Shown in pieces: positions 9,502 to 21,923 of a stretch of DNA of 64,000 nt; the first letter of the stretch is position 1, and every line of letters begins with the position of its first letter. Origin of the DNA: an uncultured delta proteobacterium (GTDB lineage: Bacteria; Desulfobacterota; Binatia; UBA9968). The position numbers and the translations under genes are program-made. The stretch spans positions 96,001 through 160,000 of the forward strand of contig CAWDPO010000024.1 of NCBI GenBank assembly GCA_963804165.1, read 5' to 3'. The notes below the pieces were generated by a model. The model was not told the DNA's origin, did no database searches, and saw nothing but the letters and a program-made list of their open reading frames with translations.

Positions 9502-12348
9502 GCGAGCTTTCCTCAATGAGCTGTGATTCCGCCAAAGCGTCCTCGTGATAAAGCAATGCCACCGGAAAATTGTTGAATACGCCGCGCAGAAGCAAATTTT
9601 TCGCTGGCGTCGTATCCGACGCTTCCAAATGTTCGCCGCTGATGATGTCGACCCATCGGCCCGGCATATCGTCGCGCAGGCTGAGCGCAGTCGAATTCCA
9701 AACCTCGGCTCCCAGCGGCGGTGTTCCGTGATAGACCCTATTGGCAACCAAGCACGGCACGACCGCCAGCGCCCAGGTTTGACCTTTGCGTCTGGCGAAC
9801 GCACAAACCGCTTGCCTCGACTCCCCTGTGGCCTCGAGCGCAATATACTCGCCGTCAGTAAACAGCTCCTGGTGCGCCCGGCGAAAGTCTAGCAGTTTGT
9901 GAATCAGATAAAGTTTGATCCGGCCGTCCTCCCAGCGCGACAGCAGATCGCGCAGAAAGCCCGGGCGGTCTTTCACTTCCGCGCCTTTGAGCTCTTCGAG
10001 CAGGTGGCGCCGCTTGGCGTAATCCACCGGCCGGCGGTTGTCCGGGTCGACAAAGCTTAAATCCCAAAGCTCGGTTCCCTGGTAAATGTCCGGCACTCCC
10101 GGCGAAGCTATTTTGAGGAGCGTCTGCGACAGCGAATTAAACATGCCGCAATAGGCGATCCTCTTTGCAAATGGAAGAAATTCTTCCATGAAGCGATTGC
10201 TTTCGGCCGGCGCGAGGATCTGCCGGGCAAAATCGACAAAGGCTTGCTCATAAGCGCCGTCCGGTTTGAGCCATTCAGTATGAACTTTGGCTTCTCTGAC
10301 GGCTTTGATCAAGTAGCTGGTGAGTCTTTCTAGAAATTGCCCATCCTGGTCTTGATTGAGCGGGTGGGAACCGATCAGAGTCTGATAGAGAAAGTATTCG
10401 TCATTGCGGTCCGGCGCTTCCGCGCCTCTGAGCTTGGTCTTTTTCGCCCGGTTAGTTCTGCTCCATGTTCTTAAATTCTTTTCCCATTCGGCGGGCAATT
10501 CCGAGAGCACGTTGATTCGCGCGCGCGCGTCCTCGCCGCGCTTGGTGTCATGGGTAGCCGTGGCGTTCATGGCGTGCGGCCAGTGAGCCAAACGCCGGAG
10601 GTTGAAATCGTGAAACTCTTCGACTGATGCGCCGAACCGATCCGGCGCACCGCCCACTTCATTCAGCGACAGCAAGCGATTATAAACATACAAGGCGGTA
10701 TCTTCCGAGCCTTTGGCCATCAACGGCCCGGTCAGTTGCTGGAAGCGCATGACAAAGTCCGTCCAGCGGTTTCTCTCTTCGTCGGTGGCGTGATCGGCAA
10801 AATCGAGAAGCAGAAAACGGCCGATGTAATTCAATTCGAGAAGCAGTCCGGCGTTGGCTTCCTTGGCCCGCTCGACCGCCGTCGTCAGCTGGCTTCGGTC
10901 TTGGGCGCTAAATGAGCCGGGGCTGACGTAACTGCGATAGACTGGAAAAAATGCCAGCACCTCGACCAGCGCCCTTTTGAGTCCGTAAAGCGTCACATCG
11001 GCGGCGTGACGGTCGCGGCTCGATACCCGTTTGAGCAGGTAAGCGAGGCTTTCAATATCTCCGGCCATGTACTTGCCGATAATCAGCCGCTTCTTTTCCG
11101 TCATCAGCGCCGGCCAGGAAGTCTCGAGTCCGGTAAAGCGCTCATAGATTTGGTTGAACCGGCGCAGCTGCTGGCGTGCGCAGAAAATGCCGTTGAGTAA
11201 ATTCAGATAATCGTAACCCGTCGTTCCTTCGACCGGCCATGCCGACGGCAGCTCTTCATTGACGCCAAGAATCTTTTCCACGGTTAGGTATAAATCGCCG
11301 GCTTCCCGTCGCAGTCTGGCTTGAGATAACCGAGAGGATCATAAAGACCATCGACGTGATCGACCCTGAGGCCGGTAAATTTGCCTTCCCGAACGAACTT
11401 GAAAATCAGCGTGTGGCTATGGCGGAAGACTTTTTCTTCTTCAACCCTCAGGGAAATTAATTCGTTGATATTGAAAAATCGCCGATAATCAAGTTCCTCC
11501 GCCGCGACTTTCCAAAATGACAGGCGATAATGTTGTTGCGACAACAGCCGGTCGAGTAGATTGAAACTTTCCGGATTCCCGGGGATGCCGTTGAATCTGG
11601 CGATATTAGCGTCCAAGTGCTCTTTAATTTCCAGCGTGCCTGTGTAGAGCTCCCAAAGCATTTGTTTCACGAAGAGGATCTGGTCGGCTCGATCGGCGTT
11701 CTCTTGCGACGGCGAAATGTTTTTAAGCGCGTAAAGAACGCCGAGGAGCTTGATGAAATCCACATGATGCGATCCGAGACGTCTTTTGAGCGCGCCGAGA
11801 TCCTGGGTCAATACCTCGCCATAGGACTCGATGATTGACCGGGAGACGCAATTTAAAGTAGTGGATCGTCAGTCCGTTCTCGCCATACTGCAGCGTGATT
11901 TCTCCGTTCTCCAGGCATTCGCCGTAGAAGCCGCCGAGAAACGGCGCGAGCACTTTTCCTCGCATGCTTTCGTAGGGATGCTGCCAATCGATATCGAAAA
12001 AATCAAAGAACGGAGAAGCTTCGCCGTTTTCCAGGACGTCCATGAGCATGCGGTTTTGCCCATCGTAGGCCATGTGATTGGGCACGATATCCTGGATCCA
12101 ACCCAATCCAAGCCGCCTCACGTGTTCGTGCAGCGACTCGAATTCTTCCTCGCTGCCGAGCTCCGGATTGACCTGATTGGGATCGACCACGTCATAGCCG
12201 TGCAGGCTACCCGCTCGTGCATGAAAAATCGGCGACGCGTAAATATCGGTGATGCCGAGAGCATGCAAATACGGCAAAACTGCGCGGCTTCAGTGAAGCC
12301 AAACTCCGGCGTGAATTGCAAGCGATAGGTTGCCGAAGGGATTTTCAT
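9485..12348 (-). CDS. treY: Malto-oligosyltrehalose synthase, split by about 3 frameshifts
   Basis: [82 protein letters not shown]. Confidence 0.93.
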
Positions 12349-14594
12349 GGCGTCGTTTCGCTCACGGCGTTAGCACCGCGCCGGCCTCGGCGCGAAACAA
12401 CGCCGGGTTCTCCATTGCCGTTTTCCTCTTCAACATGCTTCGGCAGGCGCAACAAAACCAGTGAGCGCGCCTTGAGCGCGTAAGCTTCGCCGCCGCGCAT
12501 CGGCTGCGGTTTGTTTCTGCTCACTGCCGGATTATGGGTGTCGAGAATGACTTCCCATCGCACTTTGCGACGGTGCGCGGGCAAAATGAACGGGATCGCT
12601 TCGTGGTGCGCGTTTAAGAGAATTAACAGCGTGTCATCGACGATCTGGTTGCCGCGCCCGTCCAACTCTCCGATGGCGTCTCCCGCGAGACGAAGCGCGA
12701 AAATACGGTTCTCTGAATTGTTCCAATCGTCGTCGGTCATCTCCTTGCCGTCGGGACGAAACCAAACCAGGTCCTTGACCTCGGAGCCGCGAATGCGCCG
12801 CCCTTGGAAAAAGTGGCGGCGGCGCAATACCGGATGGGTGCGTACCAGGTGGATGAGATAGCGGGTAAATTCCAGGAGGTCGCGGCGCGGCCGGTCGAGC
12901 TTCCAATCGATCCAAGAAACTTCGTTGTCCTGGCAATAGGCATTGTTGTTGCCTTTCTGGCTGCGGCCGATTTCGTCGCCCGCCAACAGCATCGGCACGC
13001 CTTGCGACAACAGCAGCGTCGCTAGAAAATTTCTTTTTTGCCGCTCGCGCAAGGCAACCACCTTCGGATCGTCGGTTTCACCTTCGACGCCGCAGTTCCA
13101 GCTGAGGTTCTCGTTATGGCCGTCGCGATTTTCTTCGCCGTTGGCCTCGTTGTGCTTTTCATTGTAGCTCACCAAATCCTGCAGCGTAAAACCATCGTGG
13201 GCAGTGACAAAATTGATGCTCGCATAGGGCAGGCGGCCATTGTGACCGTAGAGATCGCTCGAGCCGGTCAGGCGAAAGCCGAGCGCGCCGACTTGTCCCT
13301 CGTCGCCTTTCCAAAAGCGCCGTACCGTGTCACGGTACGCCGCATTCCATTCGGCCCATAGTGAGGGAAAGTTGCCGACCTGATAGCCGCCCGGTCCGAG
13401 ATCCCAGGGCTCGGCGATGAGCTTTACTTGAGAAATGACCGGGTCCTGCTGGATGATGTCGAAAAAAGCCCCGAGCCGGTCGACGTCGTGGAGCTCGCGC
13501 GCCAGCGTAGAGGCAAGGTCGAAGCGAAAGCCGTCGACGTGCATCTCCACCACCCAGTAGCGCAAGCTGTCCATGATCAATTGAAGAACCCGCGGATGGG
13601 TCATGTCGAGTGTATTGCCGCAGCCCGTATAATCCATGTAGTAACGGCGGTCCTTCTCGACCAGACGATAGTACGAAGCATTGTCGATGCCGCGAAAACA
13701 AAGAGTCGGGCCCAGCTGGTTGCCTTCACCGGTGTGGTTGTAAACCACGTCCAAGATCACTTCGATCCCTTCGCGATGCAGCGCCCGAACCATACTCTTG
13801 AACTCCGTCACCTGCTCGCCGCCCACGCCGCTACTGGCATAGCGCGCATCGGGCGCGAAAAAGCCGATGGAATTGTAACCCCAGTAGTTGGTCAGGCCGC
13901 GATCTTCCAAATGCTTGTCCGCGATGAATTGATGCACCGGCATAAGCTCCACCGCAGTGACGCCGAGCGACTTGAGATAATCCATCACCGCCGGACAAGC
14001 GAGCGCCGCATACGTGCCGCGCAACTCCGGCGGCACGCCGGGATGGCGCATGGTGAAACCTTTTACATGCAACTCATAAATGATGGTTTCGTGCCACGGC
14101 GTCGCCGGCGGCATATCGTTTCCCCAACTGAACGCCCGGTCAATCACCACGCACTTCGGCATTCCCGCCGCGCTGTCCTTCTCGTCGCGCGAAAGATCCT
14201 GATCGGGATGACCCATGGCGTAGCCGAACAGCGCGTCGCTCCAATTGACCGTGCCGGTGATCGCCTTGGCGTAGGGGTCCAGAAGCAACTTTGCCGGATT
14301 GAACCGATGACCTTCTTGGGGCTCGTATGGCCCATAAACTCGGTAACCATAAAGCTGGCCCAGGCGGGCTTCGGGCAGGTAGAGATGCCAAACCTGATGC
14401 GTCTGCTCGTTCATCGCGATGCGCGTTTCTTGCTGTGCCGCCGTGCCGTCGAAAAGGCAGAGCTCGACCTTTGTCGCGTTCTCGGAGAAAAGCGAAAAAT
14501 TAACTCCCGCTCCATCCCAAGTCGCGCCTAACGGATATGGCTTGCCCGGCCAGATTTTCATGTTGTTGATCGCGGTTGCCGTTTGCTCCGTCAC
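12345..14594 (-). CDS. glgX: Glycogen debranching enzyme (isoamylase)
   Basis: [72 protein letters not shown]; intact ORF. Confidence 0.96.
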   Translation of the reverse strand: MTEQTATAINNMKIWPGKPYPLGATWDGAGVNFSLFSENATKVELCLFDGTAAQQETRIAMNEQTHQVWHLYLPEARLGQLYGYRVYGPYEPQEGHRFNPAKLLLDPYAKAITGTVNWSDALFGYAMGHPDQDLSRDEKDSAAGMPKCVVIDRAFSWGNDMPPATPWHETIIYELHVKGFTMRHPGVPPELRGTYAALACPAVMDYLKSLGVTAVELMPVHQFIADKHLEDRGLTNYWGYNSIGFFAPDARYASSGVGGEQVTEFKSMVRALHREGIEVILDVVYNHTGEGNQLGPTLCFRGIDNASYYRLVEKDRRYYMDYTGCGNTLDMTHPRVLQLIMDSLRYWVVEMHVDGFRFDLASTLARELHDVDRLGAFFDIIQQDPVISQVKLIAEPWDLGPGGYQVGNFPSLWAEWNAAYRDTVRRFWKGDEGQVGALGFRLTGSSDLYGHNGRLPYASINFVTAHDGFTLQDLVSYNEKHNEANGEENRDGHNENLSWNCGVEGETDDPKVVALRERQKRNFLATLLLSQGVPMLLAGDEIGRSQKGNNNAYCQDNEVSWIDWKLDRPRRDLLEFTRYLIHLVRTHPVLRRRHFFQGRRIRGSEVKDLVWFRPDGKEMTDDDWNNSENRIFALRLAGDAIGELDGRGNQIVDDTLLILLNAHHEAIPFILPAHRRKVRWEVILDTHNPAVSRNKPQPMRGGEAYALKARSLVLLRLPKHVEEENGNGEPGVVSRRGRRGANAVSETTP

Positions 14595-14595
14595 T

Positions 14596-16450
14596 TCATC
14601 TGGGAATCGAACAATGGAAAAGTCCGAATGAGCGCGCCGCGAGCGTCAATCGGGAACTCCCTCCGCCGTCAAACTCGGCAGGCAGAGCGCTGCCTTGGCC
14701 GCGCCATTTCTCCTCCGCCGAGTCAATCAGCTTGCGCCAGCGTCCGGCGTCGACGGTTATCGCGACGGGGACCTTGTCTGTGTGAAGATTGGCGACCAGC
14801 ATCGCTCGCTCGGCGCCGTGCCAGCGTTGAACGATTAATACTTTCTCATGATCGCAGCCGACGACTTCCATATTTTCTTTCGCCAAATGGTCGAGCGCCG
14901 GGAGTGTCTTTCTAAGCCTGATCAGATCGCGATAAAATTCCAGCAGAGTTTGGTGCGTCCCGCCGGTGCGCAGCTCATGACGGAGCTTGGCGGAGAGAAA
15001 GGTCGCTTCGTCCTGCGGATCGGGCATCGCTCCTTGCCACTCGAACGCCGCGAATTCCATCCGCCGTCCTCGCCGTACCGCTTCGATCAGTTCGGCGTCC
15101 GAGTGCTCGACGAAGTACGGAAACGGCGCCGTTTCCCCATACTCTTCACCCATGAATAAAAGCGGCAGATACGGCGAAAGCACAACGATGCCCGCGGCAA
15201 GCTTCAAGTCTTCCAAGGAACCCGACTCGCTCAGCCGGTCACCGCACATGCGGTTGCCGACCTGATCATGATTCTGCGCGAAGACGACAAAACAGCGCGC
15301 CGCGATATCGCGGGATGAGCTGCCATGGCGGCGCCGGCGATATTCGGAATACTCACCGGAATAGACGAATCCTTCCCGGTAAGCTTTAGCGAGCTGCGCG
15401 ACTTCGCCGTAATCCCGGTAGTAACCGCGCCGCTCGCCGGTAAGGAGCGTGCGCAGGCAATGATGAAAATCGTCGTTCCACTGCGCGTCAAGACCGTACC
15501 CACCGCACTCTCGCTCTCGCACCAGGCGCGCATTGTTATCGGCGCTTTCGGCGATGAGAAAAATTTTGCGCTTGAGGCGCAGCGCCTCTCGATGTACGGC
15601 ATCGCCCAAGTCTTCGAGAAAAGTCATCGGCGAATGATCGAGAATCGCGTGTACGGCGTCGAGCCTGAGAGCGTCGATATGAAACTCGGAGACCCAATAA
15701 AGCGCGTTTTGAATAAAATAGTTTCTTACCTCATCACTCCACGGCCCGTCGAAATTGACCGCCGGCACCCCACGGCGTTTGATAGCGGTCGGTGAAATAG
15801 GGTCCAAAATTCTCAAAATAATTTCCTTCCGGACCGAGATGGTTGTAGACCACGTCCAAGATCACGGCTAAACCGCGCCGGTGACAGGCGTTAACGAGTT
15901 TTTTTAAGCCCTCCGGTCCACCGTAGGAATTCTGCACTGCGAAAGGGTAGACGCCATCGTAACCCCAATTCCTGCCACCGGGAAATTGTGCGACGGGCAT
16001 GAGCTCCACCGCCGTGACGCCGACTTCGAGCAGATAATCGAGATACGGAATTATGGCTTCGAAAGTTCCCGCCGGCGTGAAGCACCCCACATGAAGCTCG
16101 TAGCTGATGTAGTCCTCGAGCGCCAAGCCGCGCCAACCTTCGTCGTCCCACGAGAAGCGCGCATCGACCACCTCGGATGGACCATGCACGCCTTGCGGCT
16201 GGAAACGCGAAGCTGGATCAGGGTGCTCTCCAGCTTCCGCCAAGTGAAACAGGTAGAGATCGCCGGGCGCAACGTCTTGCGCCACGCCTTCATGATAGCC
16301 GCGGCCCGTCTTCTCGAGGGGTATGAGGCGGTCGGTTCTGAGCAAGCGAACGCCGACCGGGACTTTTGCCGGCGCCCATACTCGAAACTGGCAAGCGTGC
16401 TCGCCCAAGTACGCCGCGCCGATCGCTTCTCTTGCGCTATTCGCGTTCAC
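14596..16450 (-). CDS. treZ: Malto-oligosyltrehalose trehalohydrolase, one frameshift near 15780
   Basis: [75 protein letters not shown]. Confidence 0.93.
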
Positions 16451-16540
16451 TTTGTTCTCCGAGCATCGATGCGTCGCAAAGGAACCGATCAGCGCGCTCT
16501 AGCCAAACGCGCGCGCCGATCTGCCCGCCGTGCTCTCGTC

Positions 16541-18523
16541 CTAGCCGCTGGCCTCACTGGTGAAGAATAAAATCGATAACGGCGGTAAGATCAGGGGCAA
16601 CGAAAAGCGCCGACCGTGGGCGGGCACCGGCGCGGCTTCCACCGCGCCCATGTTTCCCATGCCGCTCCCACCGTAGGCTTCCGCGTCGCTGTTGAGCGCC
16701 TCTTTCCACGTTCCACCCTTGGGCACGCCAACTCGATAGTTGAGCCGCGGCACCGGGGTAAAATTGCAAGTCACCAGGACAGCGCGCTCATCGCGCCGCC
16801 CTTTGCGCAGCAAAATCACGATGCTGGATTCGGCGTCGCGACAGTCGATCCATTCGAATCCCGCCGCCTCGCAATCGAGCTCGTGCAGCGCCGACTCGCT
16901 GCGATAAAGTCGGTTCAAGTCTCGAATCCACTGCCGCATACCCGCGTGGCGCGGGTCATCGAGCGCGTGCCAATCGAGGCTCTGATCGTGTTGCCACTCG
17001 GACCACTGCGCGATTTCGATCCCCATGAAAAGCAGTTTCTTTCCGGGTTGGGCGTACATGTAGCCGAGCAGCGCCCGCAAGTTCGCAAAGCGCTGCCATT
17101 CGTCGCCGGGCATCTTGCCGAGCAGCGAGCCCTTGCCATACACCACTTCGTCATGGGACAGCGGCAGCACAAAATTCTCCTGAAACGCGTAGATCATTCT
17201 GAACGTGAGCTTATCGTGATGGTACTTGCGATGAATCGGATCCTGGGAAAAGTATGCGAGCGTATCGTGCATCCAACCCATGTCCCATTTGAGCCCGAAC
17301 CCGAGGCCGCCGGTATAGACCGGACGGGACACCATCGGCCAAGCGGTGGATTCTTCCGCGATGGTCTGGACATCCGGAAAGCCCTCGTAGATGGCGCCGT
17401 TGAGCTGCTTGAGGAACTCAATGGCCTCGATGTTCTCTCTGCCGCCGTAGCGGTTAGGGATCCATTCGCCGCTCTCGCGCGCGTAATCGAGATAGAGCAT
17501 CGAAGCCACGGCATCGACGCGCAAGCCGTCGGCATGATACTTATCGAGCCAGAAGAGCGCGTTGCTGATAAGAAAACTGCGCACCTCATGGCGGCCGTAG
17601 TTAAAAATATAACTCTTCCACTCCGGGTGAAATCCCTGGCGCGAGTCGGCATGCTCGAACAAATGCGTGCCGTCAAAATAAGCGAGCCCGTGTTCGTCCG
17701 AAGGAAAATGAGACGGCACCCAATCGAGAATGACGCCGATACCGTTTTGGTGCAGCGTGTCGATCAGAAACATCAGATCCTGCGGCGTGCCGTAGTTGCC
17801 GGATGGAGCAAAATAACCGGTGATCTGATATCCCCACGAGCCGAAAAATGGGTGATCCATCAACGGCAGAAACTCCACGTGCGTGAATCCGGTTTCGCGC
17901 ACATAATCCGCCAGGAGCGGAGCCAATTCGCGATACGAAAGCGAGCGGTTACCTTCTTCAGGAATACGCCGCCACGAGCCCAAGTGGACCTCGTAGATCG
18001 ATATCGGCTGGGCTAGGCCGATGCGCCGGCCTCTCTCGCCCAGCCATTTTTCATCGCCCCAGGAATAGTCGAGATTCCAGACAATCGAGGCTTGTTTGGG
18101 CGGAATCTCATTGAAAATGGCAAACGGGTCGGCCTTTTCGACTCGGTAGTTCTTGAAGCGGGAATGAATCACATATTTATAGAGGGTTCCCGGTCCCAGC
18201 GCCGGAATGAAACCTTCCCAGACGCCCGAGTTTGCTCTCGCACGCAGCGGGTGGCTTTGTTTATTCCAGTCGTTAAAGCTGCCGGCAACAAAAACCTTCT
18301 CCGCGTTCGGCGCCCACACGGCGAAATAAGTGCCCTCTTGGCCATCCACGCGCATGTGATGAGCGCCGAATTTCTCGTATAGCCGCGTGTGGCTGCCCTC
18401 GTTAAATAGATAGAAATCCTTGTCGCCCAGCAGGCTGGCCGCGGCCAAATGTCGTACTTCACCGTGTGGGACAGTCGTTGACGTACGGCCGTTGGTTTCG
18501 ATGGATTCCTTGCTCATGATCAT
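16541..18523 (-). CDS. glgB: 1,4-alpha-glucan branching enzyme
   Basis: FAVWAPNA, SIYEVHLGSW, SWGYQ, LDWVPSHFP, DGLRVDAVASMLY, IAEEST, LSHDEVV, PGKKLLFMG. Confidence 0.96.
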   Translation of the reverse strand: MIMSKESIETNGRTSTTVPHGEVRHLAAASLLGDKDFYLFNEGSHTRLYEKFGAHHMRVDGQEGTYFAVWAPNAEKVFVAGSFNDWNKQSHPLRARANSGVWEGFIPALGPGTLYKYVIHSRFKNYRVEKADPFAIFNEIPPKQASIVWNLDYSWGDEKWLGERGRRIGLAQPISIYEVHLGSWRRIPEEGNRSLSYRELAPLLADYVRETGFTHVEFLPLMDHPFFGSWGYQITGYFAPSGNYGTPQDLMFLIDTLHQNGIGVILDWVPSHFPSDEHGLAYFDGTHLFEHADSRQGFHPEWKSYIFNYGRHEVRSFLISNALFWLDKYHADGLRVDAVASMLYLDYARESGEWIPNRYGGRENIEAIEFLKQLNGAIYEGFPDVQTIAEESTAWPMVSRPVYTGGLGFGLKWDMGWMHDTLAYFSQDPIHRKYHHDKLTFRMIYAFQENFVLPLSHDEVVYGKGSLLGKMPGDEWQRFANLRALLGYMYAQPGKKLLFMGIEIAQWSEWQHDQSLDWHALDDPRHAGMRQWIRDLNRLYRSESALHELDCEAAGFEWIDCRDAESSIVILLRKGRRDERAVLVTCNFTPVPRLNYRVGVPKGGTWKEALNSDAEAYGGSGMGNMGAVEAAPVPAHGRRFSLPLILPPLSILFFTSEASG

Positions 18524-19032
18524 TCACATATTTAGCTGCTAATGTGTGCCTTTCACTAAACTAAAATAATTTTGAAGGAATAATAAGGGGCCGTTCTTCG
18601 AAAAATCCTTGCGCGCTTTGACCCCTCACTTATGTAAATATATTCTTGCCTACGAGCGAAGCCTCAAATCAACGTGCGACCGGCGCGGCGAGATCTCTGT
18701 CAATACGGCAATCCTACGACACCGGGCACGCAACACCGCACCGCCGCACCGTGGAAATTGTATTTTTCGTTTGTTGCCAATGTCCAGGATGCGTCGAGCC
18801 GCGTGCGTAATCGGTCGTGCGTCAATTTTCGGCTCACTTTGATGTTTGGATAACGGACCAATGAGATCTGCGCAAAAAAGAGACCAAGTTTACCGCCGCG
18901 CGCAAGTCGTTTATTCTTTAAGGTAGTGGGGAAGGCAGGAGCACAATATCCCTGGTACTTTGAAGGATTTGCTCTACGGTGAATGAGATCCCCTACATCG
19001 AATCGGTCCGGGGGAAGGCCGGCGGAGGAGGG

Positions 19033-21879
19033 TTAAACGGCCTGCCTCGCATCTTGAGCAGTCTCCTCCGGCACCGCCACGGGTAAATGAATTTTGAAAC
19101 TCGTGCCTCGTCCGGGCTTACTATCGACTTCGATCCGGCCACTGTGCGACTTTACAATCCGGTCGCATATTGGCAGACCGAGCCCCAAACCGCGACGCTT
19201 CTTCGAGGTGAAAAACGGCTGAAAGATCCGCGGCAACACGTCGGCATCGATACCGATTCCTGTGTCCGCCACCGTGATCGTCATCCGATTCGATGAGGTG
19301 ATGCGCGCGCCGATGGTCAATGTACCCCCTTTGGGCATGGCATCCACAGCATTCAAGGAAAGATTCAACAGCACCTGTTGCAACTGCTGCGGGTCCGCAT
19401 GAATCTGTGGGATTTGCGCCTCAATCTCGGTCGTCGTTTCCACATGATTTTTCGTTGCCCGGGGTTGCACGAGATCCAACGTTCTTTGAATCAGCTGTTC
19501 GACGTCGGTGGGAGTAAAATCTGCGCTCTTCGGACGGCCGAATTCCAACAACTCCTGCACGAGCTTTTCGCAGCGCTTCGCTTCCTCTGCGATGATTTCC
19601 ACATGGTGGTAGTTGGCATCTGAGGGATCCATGCTGGACATTAACCCCTGGGCAAAACCCAAGACGATACCCAAGGGATTGTTGAATTCATGGGCCATCG
19701 AGGCGGTGAGCTCCCCGACGGCGACCAGCCGACCCGACGCTAGGAGCTGTTGCTCGAGCTCCTGCGCTTGATTGCGCAGGTGCTCTTCACTTTGGCGCAA
19801 CGCCGCTTCAGCGCGCATGCGCTCGACGAATTGACCGATCTCTCCGCCGATCATCCGCATCATTTTCAAAATGTCTTCTTTAGGCTCGTGAATCGCGGTA
19901 TCAAAAAACTCAACGACGCCCAGCACCTCGTTATGCATTCTTATCGGAAAGCAAAACGCGGCGTGAAGTCTTTCGTCCAACGTAGTCGCGCGACGGAATG
20001 GCATCGGTTCGCTTGCGACGTCCGAAACCCATGCCGGCTCATCTTCCGCCCACACTCGACCCGCAAGTCCCATTTGCCGGGTGAGGGGCGCCCGAACGTC
20101 CTCGTGATGGGCTTTCAGCGAGGGATGATGCCAGGTCTCCACACAATCGAGCGCTTGAGTGGTTTTGTTGACCATCCAAATCCGCCCAAGTTCCCATTCC
20201 AAGCCTTCGCCGATCACTTCGAGAATTCTATGCCACGCTGCCTCCGGCGTTTCGGATTCCGCTAAAACGAGTGTGACCGCGTGCTCCATCGCGATACGTC
20301 GGGCCAATTGTTTGCGGGGACTGATGTCGCGATTACATTCCAAAATCACATACCCGCCGGCACGGTCCTCGATCAATTTAAAGCGACTTTCCACTTCGAT
20401 GCGTTGTCCCTGCTTGGTCTTCTGTTTCAATTCACCGCTCCACTCTCCAGCTTCGAGCAGCGCGGCCTCGAAGCTCTTCCACCCCTGGGGGAATTCTGTG
20501 TCAAGCAATTCATGACTAATGAAACCGATGGCCTCGCTTTGCGAATAGCCGTAGAGTTGGGCAGCACCCCGGTTCCAATAGATGACCTGGCCGTCCAGTT
20601 GTCGCGCAAAGATCGCTTCATTGGCCAGATTTAGCAGGTCCGCCTGTCGTCGCAGATTTTCTTCCTGCCGACGCAGCGCCCCTTCGACTCGATCTCGTTC
20701 ATTTTCACGCTCCCGGAGAAGACCGCCGGCGCGCTCCATCTCTCGAGCTAAATCGTCTAGTTCGGCAATGGGAGACGCCGCTGGGAAAGAAACGGCGCGG
20801 CCCCCGCCCAAGTCGTGGGCCGCCAAAGACAATTCTCCGATCGACCTGGAGACTCTGCGGGCGAAGAGCAGCGCCACACAGAACCCAACTAGCAGGAGAA
20901 GCAAGCCGCCGCCACCCACCAGCGCAATGGAACGGTACAAGATCGCGTTCAACTCCGAGCTCGGAACCGTCAATGCTATCGCCCATCCCGATCGATGGGA
21001 TCGACTGATGGCAGCGTACGAGCTAACCCCTGCATCGTCGACGCCATTAAGCAATTGTTCCGCCGTCTCCGAGTTTGCCTTTTGCAGTAGCGCTCCAACC
21101 GGTTTCCCCGTCAGCTTCACCGCATCGCGCGTCCTGGCGATGACGATCTGTTTAGCATCGAACAGCGTGCCTACCCACGAGCTCGGCAGCTTTTGTTGAA
21201 TCAGGATCTCGGTGAAAACCTCGGGCTCGATCGCGGCTGTAAGGATGTAAATAACGGTTTGTTCGCGCACCACCGGAACATGAATGTTGATCCCCTTCTC
21301 GCCGGATTTCGTGACGGGAAAATCGCTGATCACCGGCCGGCGGGTGCTCAACACGCTCTCTAGACTCGCTCGGCTAATGCCGCCTGGCAGTTCGGTTATG
21401 GGTATGGCGATGCTGATGAGTTGCCGGCCCCTGGGATCGAAAAGCGAGATGCTTTTCCAGTTCTTTTGGGTATTCAGGGTACGGGCCGCAATGCTGCGAA
21501 AAACGTTCACCGCGCCGACATCCAAAGGCTCTGATGTTGCAAGGGCTTCGAGGTTGGTGATGGAAGATTCGATCTGCTGATCCACAGCGAGCGCCAAGGC
21601 GCGCGCCGTATCCTCAAGACCACGCTTGCGATTCGCTTGCTCGTGGCGCGCGAACAAGACCATCATGAAAACCGAAAAAATAAGCAACGGAGCGAGGCCG
21701 CCGATGATTAGTCGAGAAAGATAGGAGTTCAGAGACGTGGATCGGGTAAACCAATCGGCGAAGTACACGCGCAGCGAGGCCATCCGGGATTCGGAGGCAA
21801 AGTTTCGGCTACACCACTGCCTTACCGCTGCAGGGATGCTGCGATGGAGGATCCTTGAGGCTGCATGCTTGGGCGTCAC
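19033..21879 (-). CDS. Membrane sensor histidine kinase (periplasmic Cache-like, HAMP, PAS, GAF, HisKA, HATPase)
   Basis: Two TM segments flanking a periplasmic domain; PAS (YWNRGAAQLYGY), GAF, H-box AHEFNNPL, N-box LNAVDAM, DTGIGI, FQPFFTSK, GLGLGL; true start may be ATG 21783. Confidence 0.92.
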   Translation of the reverse strand: MTPKHAASRILHRSIPAAVRQWCSRNFASESRMASLRVYFADWFTRSTSLNSYLSRLIIGGLAPLLIFSVFMMVLFARHEQANRKRGLEDTARALALAVDQQIESSITNLEALATSEPLDVGAVNVFRSIAARTLNTQKNWKSISLFDPRGRQLISIAIPITELPGGISRASLESVLSTRRPVISDFPVTKSGEKGINIHVPVVREQTVIYILTAAIEPEVFTEILIQQKLPSSWVGTLFDAKQIVIARTRDAVKLTGKPVGALLQKANSETAEQLLNGVDDAGVSSYAAISRSHRSGWAIALTVPSSELNAILYRSIALVGGGGLLLLLVGFCVALLFARRVSRSIGELSLAAHDLGGGRAVSFPAASPIAELDDLAREMERAGGLLRERENERDRVEGALRRQEENLRRQADLLNLANEAIFARQLDGQVIYWNRGAAQLYGYSQSEAIGFISHELLDTEFPQGWKSFEAALLEAGEWSGELKQKTKQGQRIEVESRFKLIEDRAGGYVILECNRDISPRKQLARRIAMEHAVTLVLAESETPEAAWHRILEVIGEGLEWELGRIWMVNKTTQALDCVETWHHPSLKAHHEDVRAPLTRQMGLAGRVWAEDEPAWVSDVASEPMPFRRATTLDERLHAAFCFPIRMHNEVLGVVEFFDTAIHEPKEDILKMMRMIGGEIGQFVERMRAEAALRQSEEHLRNQAQELEQQLLASGRLVAVGELTASMAHEFNNPLGIVLGFAQGLMSSMDPSDANYHHVEIIAEEAKRCEKLVQELLEFGRPKSADFTPTDVEQLIQRTLDLVQPRATKNHVETTTEIEAQIPQIHADPQQLQQVLLNLSLNAVDAMPKGGTLTIGARITSSNRMTITVADTGIGIDADVLPRIFQPFFTSKKRRGLGLGLPICDRIVKSHSGRIEVDSKPGRGTSFKIHLPVAVPEETAQDARQAV

Positions 21880-21923
21880 AAAGTTGCCGCTGCTCGATAA
21901 TCTACCTAAGCCAGGCTAACTCC

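Noticed and set aside
4136-12348. Programmed frameshifting or true pseudogenes in treS/treY
   Set aside because: Several shifts per gene and similar breaks across unrelated genes are better explained by sequencing indels.
13428-14531. 367-aa plus-strand ORF
   Set aside because: Antisense shadow of glgX.
16616-18016. 466-aa plus-strand ORF
   Set aside because: Antisense shadow of glgB with no motifs; expected from GC-rich codon bias.
18872-18886. GG-N10-GC element (TGGTCTCTTTTTTGC) upstream of glgB
   Set aside because: Poor -24 box and about 350 bp from the start codon; not distinguishable from chance.
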